A stretch of DNA of 41,582 nt from Parcubacteria group bacterium GW2011_GWA1_40_21 (GCA_000996205.1 LBYO01000003.1:1-41582); one strand, 5' to 3'. Shown: positions 19,689-28,789, counted from the stretch's first letter. The notes: generated by a model from the letters alone, not told the origin. Numbers and translations: made by a program.

Positions 19689-21110
19689 ATGATGATTAAT
19701 CTAAAAAATCTCACCATCAGCAAAGCCCGTGGCCATCTTATAAAAGGCGATTTTAAGGCCGTTGAACTTGCCCAAAGTTATTTGGACAGGATAGAAGAAA
19801 CCGACCAAGACATAAATGCTTATCTTGAAATATTTTCCGATGTTTTGAGCCAGGCCGAATCAGCGGATAGAAAAATCGCCAAGAAAGAAGGAGGGTTATT
19901 GTCCGGAATACCGCTTGCTATCAAGGATAATATTCTGATTAAAGGCAGAAAATGCTCCGCGTCGTCAAAGATACTGGCTGATTATGTCGCGCCATATGAT
20001 TCTACCGTGGCGAGAAAATTAAAAGACACTGGAGCCGTATTTTTAGGCAGGACCAATATGGATGAATTCGCTATGGGCGGTTCAACCGAAAATTCCGCTT
20101 TTGGTCCAACCAAAAATCCGCACGATCTTTCGCGCGTTCCCGGCGGTTCATCTGGCGGAAGCGCGGCGGCGGTCGCTTCAGGTGAAGCTCTGGCTTCTCT
20201 TGGTTCCGATACCGGAGGGTCGGTGAGACAGCCGGCGAGTTTCTGCGGAGTTGTCGGACTCAAGCCCACATACGGGTCCGTGTCCAGATACGGACTAATA
20301 GCTATGGGCTCGTCTCTTGATCAGATAGGTCCGATAACAAAGACTGCCGCTGACGCGGAAATTATCTTCAATGCCATAAAAGGAAAAGATATTATGGATA
20401 GCACGACAATTGAAACAGCCGACTTGAAAACGGCTGATTCAAAAAATATCAGAATAGGAGTTCCGACCGGCTTTGTGGAAAATGAAGGAATAGACGAAGC
20501 CGTGCTTAAAAATTTCAACGATTCGCTGGAAAAATTCAAATCAATGGGATATGAAGTGAAGGATATAAATTTGCCGAATGTGAAATATTCTCTGGCCGTC
20601 TATTACACGATTATGCCAGCCGAAGTGTCTTCAAATATGGCGCGTTTTGACGGAATGAGATATGGTCTTCATATTTCCGGCAAAAATTTGATTGACGATT
20701 ATTTTTTGACCAGAGAAGCCGGATTGGGCAAGGAGGTTAGAAGGAGAATAATTTTAGGGGCTTATGTGCTTTCTTCTGGCTATTATGATGCTTATTACAA
20801 CAAGGCTAATTTTGTCAGGACTCTGATAAAAAATGATTACGCTGAGGCTTTTAGAAATGTTGACATAATCGCGACTCCAACCGCGCCTTCTCCGGCTTTC
20901 AAAATTGGAGAGAAATCCGATAATCCGCTTGAGATGTATCTTTCGGATATGTTTACGACTCCGGCAAACATTGCCGGAATTCCGGCTATCTCTCTGCCGT
21001 CGGGATTTAAAGCCGGCGCCAAAAATCTTCCCTTGGGAATACAGTTGATGTCAAATTACGGCAGGGAAGACATTCTGTTTGGGGCCGGGAAAGATTTCTT
21101 AGGCGAATAA
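19689..21110 (+). CDS. gatA: Asp/Glu-tRNA amidotransferase subunit A
   Basis: AIKDN, TNMDEFAMG.STENS, PGGSSGGSAAAV, GSDTGGSVRQPA amidase signature. Confidence 0.98.
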   Translation: MMINLKNLTISKARGHLIKGDFKAVELAQSYLDRIEETDQDINAYLEIFSDVLSQAESADRKIAKKEGGLLSGIPLAIKDNILIKGRKCSASSKILADYVAPYDSTVARKLKDTGAVFLGRTNMDEFAMGGSTENSAFGPTKNPHDLSRVPGGSSGGSAAAVASGEALASLGSDTGGSVRQPASFCGVVGLKPTYGSVSRYGLIAMGSSLDQIGPITKTAADAEIIFNAIKGKDIMDSTTIETADLKTADSKNIRIGVPTGFVENEGIDEAVLKNFNDSLEKFKSMGYEVKDINLPNVKYSLAVYYTIMPAEVSSNMARFDGMRYGLHISGKNLIDDYFLTREAGLGKEVRRRIILGAYVLSSGYYDAYYNKANFVRTLIKNDYAEAFRNVDIIATPTAPSPAFKIGEKSDNPLEMYLSDMFTTPANIAGIPAISLPSGFKAGAKNLPLGIQLMSNYGREDILFGAGKDFLGE

Positions 21111-21122
21111 TATTAATTTTTT

Positions 21123-21722
21123 ATGATTGACCCTCTTCATTCTTACGATCCGTTTGACATACTGAATCTCATTTATGAGCTTATTCGGTATCTCATAACC
21201 GGACAAGGTTCGTCCTTTTTGTCCGATTACTTCTTGGGTTTTTATGGAAGGTACGGATATTTTTTGATTCTTTCTTCTCTTTTCTTGTCATCGGTTCTTG
21301 TCATTTTTATCGCGTATGTCATCTTTCGCGTCCACGGAGTTTATTCCAAACAAAGAAAATCATTGAAGCCGGTTCAAAGCACAGAAGAGGAAAAGGAAGA
21401 AGCCGTCAAAAATGAAAAGTGGAAAATAATCGCGGAGCATATTGAATCCGAAAATCCTAACGATTGGAGGCTGGCCATTCTTGAAGCCGATATTGCCTTG
21501 GGCGAGATGCTGGACAAGTCTGGATATCGCGGTGAGGGCATAGGAGAACAATTGAAGAGCGCCGACAAAAGCGATTTCACTACGATAGATGACGCGTGGG
21601 AGGCGCACAAGATCAGAAATTCAATCGCTCATGAAGGAGCAAGCTTTATGATCACCGAAAGGGAAGCGAAGCGGGTGATAGGATTGTATAAAAAAGTTTT
21701 TGAAGAGTTTGATTACATCTGA
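21123..21722 (+). CDS. Conserved hypothetical membrane protein
   Basis: TM helix, then WRLAILEAD..L..ML...GY.G...GE.LK and AWEAHKIRN.IAHE (HEPN-like RxxxxH). Confidence 0.8.
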   Translation: MIDPLHSYDPFDILNLIYELIRYLITGQGSSFLSDYFLGFYGRYGYFLILSSLFLSSVLVIFIAYVIFRVHGVYSKQRKSLKPVQSTEEEKEEAVKNEKWKIIAEHIESENPNDWRLAILEADIALGEMLDKSGYRGEGIGEQLKSADKSDFTTIDDAWEAHKIRNSIAHEGASFMITEREAKRVIGLYKKVFEEFDYI

Positions 21723-21830
21723 CCGGCTGCGAGTTGTCCACAAAAACTTGCGCGAATATTTTTTTGTTATGGTAAAATAAATTCAAATGTGGTCGATTTT
21801 TAAAATTATAAATATAATCAATGGGGAAAT

Positions 21831-21910
21831 AGTTTCTTAGCTTGTAGATTTTTGAAGAAGAAAAAATATCAGATTCTTCCTACAACCTACAACCTAACAC
21901 CTACAACCTA
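21831..21910. repeat. 7-mer array (ACCTACA) with a degenerate inverted arm
   Basis: cctacaacctacaacctaacacctacaaccta at 21879-21910. Confidence 0.85.
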
Positions 21911-21920
21911 ATTAAAAACT

Positions 21921-22037
21921 ATGGCAAGCAAGAAAAGAAAAGTTTCCAAATCTCCTTCAAGAAAGCTTAAGGTAAAATCCGTTAAAGGGAAGAAAAAATC
22001 TAAATCTTCAAAAGGGAAAAGCAAGAGAAGAAGATAA
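21921..22037 (+). CDS. 38-aa Lys/Arg/Ser-rich basic peptide (not in the ORF track)
   Basis: MASKKRKVSKSPSRKLKVKSVKGKKKSKSSKGKSKRRR*; followed by a terminator. Confidence 0.7.
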   Translation: MASKKRKVSKSPSRKLKVKSVKGKKKSKSSKGKSKRRR

Positions 22038-22064
22038 GCTCGTATTGCGGAAAAAGATTTTGCT

Positions 22065-22095
22065 AAAAACATTGCGTCTTAGACGCAATGTTTTT
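22065..22095. terminator. Bidirectional intrinsic terminator
   Basis: aaaaacattgcgtct-t-agacgcaatgttttt, between convergent genes. Confidence 0.8.
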
Positions 22096-22247
22096 GCGTT
22101 CCATTCACCTTAAGTCAAAGGACATTTTTTCTGTTATTCCCGTCTCGAAGCAAGATTCGGGATAAATTCCGGCGGGAAACCGGATTCAATCATTTTTGAT
22201 CAGAATTTCGCAAGCGAAATTCTGTGGGTATCTGATACCCACAGAAT

Positions 22248-23603
22248 TTAATTTGAAATATGCTCAGATTTACCCGACGAACTTCCGGCCACGAAGCCTG
22301 TCGTCCAGCAGAGCTGAAGGCTGTAGCCGCCCGAAGGGCGGTCTATGTTCAAGATGTCGCCCGCGAGATAAAGGTTTGGAAAAAGGCGGGAGCTCATTGT
22401 TTTGAAATCAATTTCGCGAAGTGAAACCCCGCCACTTGAGACGATGGCTTTTTCCGCGCCGAGCAATTTGTCGGCGCGAATCGGAATATTTTTCAAAATA
22501 TTCACGAGCGCCAGTCTTTCTTCGCGGGTGATGCTGTTGCACTCCGTGTCGGGATTGATTTTTGACATTTCCACTATCGCCGAAGCGAGCCCCGCCGCGA
22601 GCGGAGCGAGCGCGTGAAGAGCGTTCTTAAATTTTTTACTGTGATTTTCTTTGAATAATTCTTGAAGTTTGAGGTTAAGCGCGCCGTGATTTTCCGATGG
22701 GAATAAATCAAGCGAAATTATGACCTCTCCGTATTTCAAAAGTTCTCCGATACTCCTGCTCATATTGAGAATTGCCGGACCGCTTAGTCCGAAGTGCGTA
22801 AAAATTATTTTTCCTTTGTTTGTTTCTTGCTTCGCGTCGTTTTGGAAAGTGGCGATTTTGACATTAGCAAGACTTAATCCGGCGAGTTTCTTGACCCAAT
22901 CGTCTTTTACTGCGATCGGGACAAGTGAAGGTGCTGGTTCAATCACGGCGTGACCGATTTTCCGAAGCCATGCGAAGCCGTCGCCGGTTGAGCCGGTTTC
23001 CGGACGGGAAGTTCCGCCTGTCGCGATTATGACTTTGCGCGCCAAAATTTCTTTCCCGTCTTTTACTTTGATCACGCATACTTTGTCATCCCCGTGAAGA
23101 CGGGGATCCAGACTCGCATTGATTAAATCCAGATTCCCGCCTGCGTGGGGATGACAATTCGAGTTAATGTCCATCAAAATATCAACAACAGGAGAATTTA
23201 AAATAATTTCCACTTTATTTTTCTTAAGATATTTCAAGAGCGCGTCAAAAACAGTTTTGGCATTGCCACTCACGGGGAACACCCTTTGCTCATTTTCAAT
23301 TTTTGTTTCAACTCCGCATTTGTGAAAAAATTCCAATGTCTCTTTGACGCTGAACTGTGAAAAAGCGGAAAATAGAAATTTTCCGCCATTTTTGAATTTT
23401 TCCAGAAATTTTCGCGTGTCAAATTCAGCATTGGTAAGATTGCATCTGCCTCCGCCTGTGATAAGAAGCTTTTTTCCTAATGAGTCATTTTTTTCTATCA
23501 AAATAACTTTTGCTCCCAATTCCGCCGCCCTTCCCGCCGCCATCATCCCCGATGGCCCTCCGCCAACGACGGCAACATCATATATGATTTCGGTTTTCTT
23601 CAT
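22248..23603 (-). CDS. HI0933/YhiN/BaiN family flavoprotein
   Basis: GGGPSGMMAA, GKKLLITGGGRCNLTN, ATGG.S.P.TGSTGDG, FTHFGLSGP, SGGYSLQ.CW.TG. Confidence 0.96.
   Translation of the reverse strand: MKKTEIIYDVAVVGGGPSGMMAAGRAAELGAKVILIEKNDSLGKKLLITGGGRCNLTNAEFDTRKFLEKFKNGGKFLFSAFSQFSVKETLEFFHKCGVETKIENEQRVFPVSGNAKTVFDALLKYLKKNKVEIILNSPVVDILMDINSNCHPHAGGNLDLINASLDPRLHGDDKVCVIKVKDGKEILARKVIIATGGTSRPETGSTGDGFAWLRKIGHAVIEPAPSLVPIAVKDDWVKKLAGLSLANVKIATFQNDAKQETNKGKIIFTHFGLSGPAILNMSRSIGELLKYGEVIISLDLFPSENHGALNLKLQELFKENHSKKFKNALHALAPLAAGLASAIVEMSKINPDTECNSITREERLALVNILKNIPIRADKLLGAEKAIVSSGGVSLREIDFKTMSSRLFPNLYLAGDILNIDRPSGGYSLQLCWTTGFVAGSSSGKSEHISN
23084..23156. repeat. 73-nt REP-doublet element inserted in frame in the HI0933 gene
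   Basis: tgtcatccccgtgaagacggggatccag-17 nt-ccagattcccgcctgcgtggggatgaca; twin of 8699-8771. Confidence 0.92.
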
Positions 23604-23815
23604 TTCGTCATATTATCACAAAGTAGCCTATTCCTCTAGTACGAAAAAACGGCTCTAAATAAGGATTTAACAGATATTTTGCCAAATTTGCTTGACAAAT
23701 ATATTATTTATGCTATTCTTTTAGTGTAAAAACGGTAAGATCAAAAACTGATAGAAAAGAAGAATCTTGAAAATTAAATTTATTTTCTGAAAATTTCTGG
23801 AAGGAGAAGGGAAAA

Positions 23816-24160
23816 GTGAAAGATTTAAAAAAAAGAATTATCGGGATAACGATAATGATTGTCTGCTCATTGCCATCGCTCTGGACTGCACGGGGTTCAG
23901 AGGTAATATCACCAGTACCAGTATCAGATAAGTCCGTTGGGGTAAAAAAATTTACAGAGAGAAGGGACGGAAAAGGGGAGAGATATTATTTTTATTGCCT
24001 GCAAACTGTGATAATTCAAAGTAAGCCTTTATTGTACTCAGGTGTAATTAAGGCTGATAAAGATGAAACTCCCGATCAAGTGTTCAAAAGGGTGCTAATG
24101 TCCAACGAAAAATCACTTCAACGCTGTGTAGTAATTATTCAATTTAGCAAGCTTGAATAA
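23816..24160 (+). CDS. Hypothetical exported protein
   Basis: 114-aa ORF with a signal-like N-terminus; SD aaggag; TTGACA-16-TATTCT promoter; own terminator. Confidence 0.7.
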   Translation: MKDLKKRIIGITIMIVCSLPSLWTARGSEVISPVPVSDKSVGVKKFTERRDGKGERYYFYCLQTVIIQSKPLLYSGVIKADKDETPDQVFKRVLMSNEKSLQRCVVIIQFSKLE

Positions 24161-24195
24161 AGTAAGCAGAGTTTCTCTAGACGGCGAGAATTTAA

Positions 24196-24228
24196 AAAGG
24201 ACTTTTTGATGTTATCAAAAAGTCCTTT
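24196..24228 (+). terminator. Intrinsic terminator
   Basis: aaaggactttttgat-gtt-atcaaaaagtccttt, a 15-bp IR. Confidence 0.8.
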
Positions 24229-24404
24229 CATTTTTATAAATCGAAGATTCGTTTAAAACCCAGTTTCAAGGTGAAATTTGACAAAATTAATTTTTTAATA
24301 TATTATTGTTTTGTTATTAAAAAAGCAGGTTATTCTCATTCGTTTTTGTTTTTAGGGAATTTTTTCTAAATATACGGAATCGTTGAGACAAATGCAGTAA
24401 ATAT

Positions 24405-25592
24405 ATGTATAGAAAAACATTCAATAGAAACACACAAAGTGGCGGACGGAGCCGTTTTGCTCCGCGGAAGAGATTTGAGCGCAAAGGGGCGCCGATTCAC
24501 ATATCTAAATTAGTGTGCAAGGCGGTAATTACCGAAGAAGCGGAGCATTTTACGCCCGAACATTCGTTCAGTGATTTTAAAATTGACGAAAGATTGAAAA
24601 GGATTGTCATAGCCAAAGGATATTCCGCACCGACTCCAATACAGGACAGGACTATTCCGCATATTTTGCATGGGCTTGATGTGGTTGGAATTGCAAACAC
24701 TGGCACGGGAAAAACTGCCGCCTTTCTTCTTCCTCTTATAAATAAAGTTCTTTTGAATCCGAAGGAAAATGTCCTAATAATGGCACCGACTCGCGAGCTA
24801 GCTATCCAGATTGAAGAGGAGCTTAAAAGTTTTACGAAAGAACTCAAAATTTTTTCGGTTTGCTGTGTCGGAGGCGCCAATATAGGACGCCAGATTGCCG
24901 ACCTTCGCTATCACAATAATTTTATCATCGGCACACCGGGAAGATTGAAAGATTTGATTCAAAGAAAAGTTTTAAGTCTCGCCGGGTTCAATACCGTTGT
25001 CTTGGACGAGGCTGACAGGATGCTTGATATGGGCTTCATCAATGATATGAGATTTATGATGGCGCAGATGCCGGCGAAAAGACACACTCTCTTTTTCTCC
25101 GCCACTATTTCCAAAGAGATTGAAGGCTTGATTAAAGAATTTCTCAATGAGCCGGTGCGGATTTCCGTGAAGACTCAGGACACTTCCAAGAATGTTGACC
25201 AAGATGTCGTGAAAGTTCAAAAAGGGAATAATAAGATTGATGTTTTGTCCCAACTTTTGGCGCAATCGGATTTTAGCAAGGTCCTTATTTTTGGACGCAC
25301 CAAACACGGAGTGGAGAGACTTTCCAGAGATTTAGCCAGCAAAGGTTTCAAGGTTGACTCAATCCACGGCGACAAGAATCATTCCAGAAGGCAGAAGGCT
25401 TTGAGCTTGTTCAAGAGTCATCATGTCAATATTTTGGTAGCGACGGATGTCGCGGCTAGAGGATTGGATATTGCCGGAGTGAGCCATGTCATAAATTACG
25501 ATATGCCGGCGACATACGAGGATTATGTCCATCGTATCGGCCGAACCGGCAGAGGAGATAAAAAGGGGAAAGCCCTGACATTTATCGAATAA
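24405..25592 (+). CDS. DEAD-box RNA helicase (RhlE/CshA-like)
   Basis: PTPIQ, ANTGTGKT, PTRELA, TPGRL, LDEAD, SAT, ARGLD, HRIGRTGR. Confidence 0.97.
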   Translation: MYRKTFNRNTQSGGRSRFAPRKRFERKGAPIHISKLVCKAVITEEAEHFTPEHSFSDFKIDERLKRIVIAKGYSAPTPIQDRTIPHILHGLDVVGIANTGTGKTAAFLLPLINKVLLNPKENVLIMAPTRELAIQIEEELKSFTKELKIFSVCCVGGANIGRQIADLRYHNNFIIGTPGRLKDLIQRKVLSLAGFNTVVLDEADRMLDMGFINDMRFMMAQMPAKRHTLFFSATISKEIEGLIKEFLNEPVRISVKTQDTSKNVDQDVVKVQKGNNKIDVLSQLLAQSDFSKVLIFGRTKHGVERLSRDLASKGFKVDSIHGDKNHSRRQKALSLFKSHHVNILVATDVAARGLDIAGVSHVINYDMPATYEDYVHRIGRTGRGDKKGKALTFIE

Positions 25593-25597
25593 CGAAT

Positions 25598-25786
25598 ATG
25601 AAAAAAAATACACCAAAAAAATTTCAAAAAAGAGGCCCCGGAATTTGGGTGGAAAGACCGCGCCGATGCGAGATTCTAATATGCCCGTGCGGGAACAAAT
25701 ATCTTAAAACCAGAGAAGGGCAGACTGTCTGCATCAAATGCATCAATAAATTGAAAGAGAAAGAAGCCAAAAAAGTTACCAAGTAG
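25598..25786 (+). CDS. Small basic Cys-rich (Zn-finger-like) protein
   Basis: 62 aa, CPCGNKY...CIKC; starts 5 nt after the helicase stop. Confidence 0.65.
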   Translation: MKKNTPKKFQKRGPGIWVERPRRCEILICPCGNKYLKTREGQTVCIKCINKLKEKEAKKVTK

Positions 25787-25802
25787 AAAGTTGTTAAATT
25801 GT

Positions 25803-26033
25803 TTGAATCGCAAAACTTCGTTATACGCGGAACACGCGTAATTTTCTGCTGAAAATTCGCTCTGCCCCGCCCGCCTTCGCCCCAATGCGCTATGTATTGC
25901 GTACTGCAAAAAGATTATAATACAAATGTGGAACTTTATTAAGATTATCACTGTAATCACTCAGGCATTGGCGGGCAGGTCGCGCCGCCGCGCTCCGCAA
26001 GTTTCCGCTCATAACGGAGTTTTGTGATTCAAG
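25803..26033 (-). repeat. Structured hairpin element (member 3) with a nested insert of about 113 nt
   Basis: Both ends match 19242-19359 on the reverse strand; insert 25867-25979 is bounded by ccgcccgcc/ggcgggcagg. Confidence 0.88.
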
Positions 26034-26084
26034 AAAATTAAGCGAAAAATTTGATTTTTTGCCGTTCATGTATATAATACTGAA

Positions 26085-26753
26085 ATGCTTAAATTAAATG
26101 TTGAAAATAGAGATAAAACGCAAAAAAACTTCGCTTTGAGAAAAGCGGGCAAAATGCCGGCTGTTTTCTATGGGAAAAAGGAGAAATCAACTCCCATAAC
26201 CATTTCAAAATCGGAATTCAAGAAGGTTTGGAAAGAAGCCGGCGAGTCTTCCGTGATTGATCTTGTCGGGAAAGACATAGAGGCGGAAGCCTTAATTTAC
26301 GATATTGACCGCGACCCTGTCACTGACGAGCCTCGCCACGCCGATTTTTATGTTTTTGAAAAAGGGAAAAAGATAGAGATTGCCGTTCCTCTTGAATTTA
26401 TCGGCATCGCTCCGGCGGTGAAAGATATGGGCGGAACTTTGGTGAAAGTTTTGCATGAACTGGAGATTGAAGCTTTGCCAAAAGATTTGCCGCACAATAT
26501 AAGAGTTGACATTTCTTCTCTTTTGAATTTTGACAGCCAGATTCTCGCCAAAGACATAAAATTGCCTCAAGGAGTTGTTTTGGTGACCAAGCTTGAAGAA
26601 GTGGTCGCGTCAGTGTACGAAACCAAAGAGGAAGTTGAGGAGGCCGCTCCCGTAGACCTAGCCAGCATAGAAGTTCAAAAGAAAGGAAAAGAAGCTAAAG
26701 AAGGCGAAGGAGCCGAAGCGGAAGATGGCGTGAAAGAAGAAGGGAAGAAATAA
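26085..26753 (+). CDS. rplY: 50S ribosomal protein L25/Ctc
   Basis: LR..G.MPAVFYG, HADFY, VPLEFIG.APAVK..GG, LP.DLP..I.VDIS.L, acidic tail. Confidence 0.96.
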   Translation: MLKLNVENRDKTQKNFALRKAGKMPAVFYGKKEKSTPITISKSEFKKVWKEAGESSVIDLVGKDIEAEALIYDIDRDPVTDEPRHADFYVFEKGKKIEIAVPLEFIGIAPAVKDMGGTLVKVLHELEIEALPKDLPHNIRVDISSLLNFDSQILAKDIKLPQGVVLVTKLEEVVASVYETKEEVEEAAPVDLASIEVQKKGKEAKEGEGAEAEDGVKEEGKK

Positions 26754-26773
26754 CTACAAGTGAAAAACTGGGT

Positions 26774-26913
26774 TAATTTCTAATTCCTAATTCCTAATTT
26801 CTAATCAAATCTCAAAAATCAGAAAAAGTGAACCAATTGTTAATTTGGCAGTCTAAATTTGTTTTTTTATTGGGATTTCATTAGATCAATTAGAAATTAG
26901 TTATTAGAAATTG
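26774..26913. repeat. Inverted pair of a second 7-mer family (TAATT(T/C)C)
   Basis: taatttctaattcctaattcctaatttctaatcaaat ... aattagaaattagttattagaaattg. Confidence 0.8.
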
Positions 26914-26996
26914 AAATAAGGTGCAAATTTCCACCTCATCATTATTATTGATAGAATGTTGGCAAGCGGTGAAATACCCGCTTTAGGATATTATTT

Positions 26997-28400
26997 ATGT
27001 TCTTGTATAAAAAGACCAAAATTTGCTTGTTTTTACTCGGTTTATTTTTTGTTTTGATTTTCTTCGGCTACAATGACATTTCAACGGCGCAGACAACCAG
27101 CGATCCCGTTTCGGCAAAAGAGGAGGAACTTAAAAAAGAACTTGAAAATATTGAAAAGGAGATTTTGATTCAAAATGAGATACTCAAATCAAAACAAAGG
27201 GAATCTGTTTCCATTGAAAGAGACATCTCTATTTTAAACGCTAAGATTAAAGAAGCTCAACTCAATATAAAAGCCAAAAACATCAAAATTAGCGGTCTTT
27301 CCAAGGACATATCGGTTAAATCAAAAGATATAGAGAATCTTGAGAAGAAAATTAAAAAAGGGAAAGATTCAATAGGGGATCTTCTCCGCAAGTCTTATCA
27401 GATAGACGACACATCTCTCATAACAATGGCGTTAAGCGACAATGACTTATCGCAATTTTTTATAGACATAGATTCATTTGATTCAATCAAAAGATCGCTT
27501 CAGACTACTCTTGACGATGTGAGAGAGACAAAAGATGAGACTGAAAAGCAAAAGGAATCTTTAAGCGCGAGGAAAGACCAGGAGACTGATGCGAAAGTAG
27601 CCATAGAATCCGACAAGAGAAAGGTGGAGAAGAACGAAGGCGAGAAGAAGCAGCTTTTGAGCATTAACAAGCAACAGGAAAAAGCTTACAAAGAAATATT
27701 GAAAGAAAGGGAAGAAAAAGCGGCCCAAATAAGAACCGCCCTTTTTGATCTTCGCGATAGCGCAGCCATTCCTTTCGGCAAGGCGCTTGAATATGCCAAT
27801 TTGGCGGCGACAAAGACAGGTGTAAGGCCGGCTTTTTTGCTAGCAATTTTGCAGCAAGAAAGCAATTTGGGGAAAAATGTCGGCACTTGCAATAGGGCGC
27901 AAGACACAAAAAAATGGCTTGATATTATGCCCGGTCCGACTGAATATCAAGTCTATCTGCAGAATAAAAAAAGTTGCAAAAAAGCAAAAACCGCCTGTTC
28001 TTCTCGTGATGACCGGACGCCATTTATTGATATTATGGCGAGTCTGGGCAGAAGCCCGGACAATACTCCTCTTTCTTGTCCTATCTCGTCGGCGGGTCCT
28101 TGGGGCGGCGCTATGGGACCGGCGCAGTTTATTCCTTCAACATGGCAATTGTTTAAAGAAAGAATAGCGAGCATAGTCGGCAAGCCTGTCCCAGACCCGT
28201 GGGAACCTAAAGATGCCATAATCGCTTCAGCCCTTTACCTTAGCGACTTGGGAGCCGATGGCGGAAGTTACAGCGCCCAAAAAAAAGCCGCTTGTAAATA
28301 TTACGGATCGGGCGGAGCCTCGTGTTCTTACGGCAATCAGGTAATGGCTAAGGCGCAAAATATCCAGGAAACAATGATTGATATTTTACAAGGGAGTTAA
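26997..28400 (+). CDS. Secreted coiled-coil (CwlO/PcsB-like) protein with a lytic transglycosylase domain
   Basis: Signal/TM, long coiled coil, LLAILQQES, GGAMGPAQFIPSTW, DPW.P.DAI.A.A.YL. Confidence 0.88.
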   Translation: MFLYKKTKICLFLLGLFFVLIFFGYNDISTAQTTSDPVSAKEEELKKELENIEKEILIQNEILKSKQRESVSIERDISILNAKIKEAQLNIKAKNIKISGLSKDISVKSKDIENLEKKIKKGKDSIGDLLRKSYQIDDTSLITMALSDNDLSQFFIDIDSFDSIKRSLQTTLDDVRETKDETEKQKESLSARKDQETDAKVAIESDKRKVEKNEGEKKQLLSINKQQEKAYKEILKEREEKAAQIRTALFDLRDSAAIPFGKALEYANLAATKTGVRPAFLLAILQQESNLGKNVGTCNRAQDTKKWLDIMPGPTEYQVYLQNKKSCKKAKTACSSRDDRTPFIDIMASLGRSPDNTPLSCPISSAGPWGGAMGPAQFIPSTWQLFKERIASIVGKPVPDPWEPKDAIIASALYLSDLGADGGSYSAQKKAACKYYGSGGASCSYGNQVMAKAQNIQETMIDILQGS

Positions 28401-28402
28401 AG

Positions 28403-28515
28403 AAGGTTGTGGGTAGTAGGTTATAGACGGTAGGTTTTTAGGAGAAGAAATTATTTAGAGATTTTTCTTATCTGCAACTCTTACCTACAACCTACTACCT
28501 AACACCTACAACCTA
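28403..28515. repeat. Inverted pair of 7-mer arrays
   Basis: aaggttgtgggtagtaggttatagacggtagg ... acctacaacctactacctaacacctacaaccta. Confidence 0.9.
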
Positions 28516-28558
28516 TTTTCGCTTGCGCGATATTTTTTTTGTGTTATGTTTATCAAAT

Positions 28559-28789
28559 ATGAAAAAAGATATACACCCGAAATATTTTGATAAAGCGGAA
28601 GTTTCTTGCGCCTGTGGCGCTAAATATGATTTTGGCTCAACCAAAGAGAAAATCAGCATTGAAATTTGCGGTCATTGCCACCCCTTTTATACTGGAACTG
28701 AAAAGATGATGGACACAGCCGGCAGGGTAGAAAAATTCAAAGCCAGAAAGGCGGCGGCCGGGACAAAGAAGACAGCGAAGAAGAAATAA
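28559..28789 (+). CDS. rpmE: 50S ribosomal protein L31 (Zn-binding type)
   Basis: MKKDIHPKY, CxC...CxxCHPFYTG, DTAGRVEKF. Confidence 0.97.
   Translation: MKKDIHPKYFDKAEVSCACGAKYDFGSTKEKISIEICGHCHPFYTGTEKMMDTAGRVEKFKARKAAAGTKKTAKKK

Noticed and set aside
21734-21742. DnaA-box-like TTGTCCACA (also TTATCCCCA near 32446) as oriC
   Set aside because: Isolated imperfect boxes, no cluster, and no dnaA or dnaN nearby.
22591-22605. cccgccgcgagcgga as a second mini-palindrome in the HI0933 gene
   Set aside because: It resembles tccgcctcatcggcgga but is too short and imperfect to support.
27930-28005. Cys-containing insert in the lytic transglycosylase as a repeat insertion
   Set aside because: No terminal IR and no second copy in the window.
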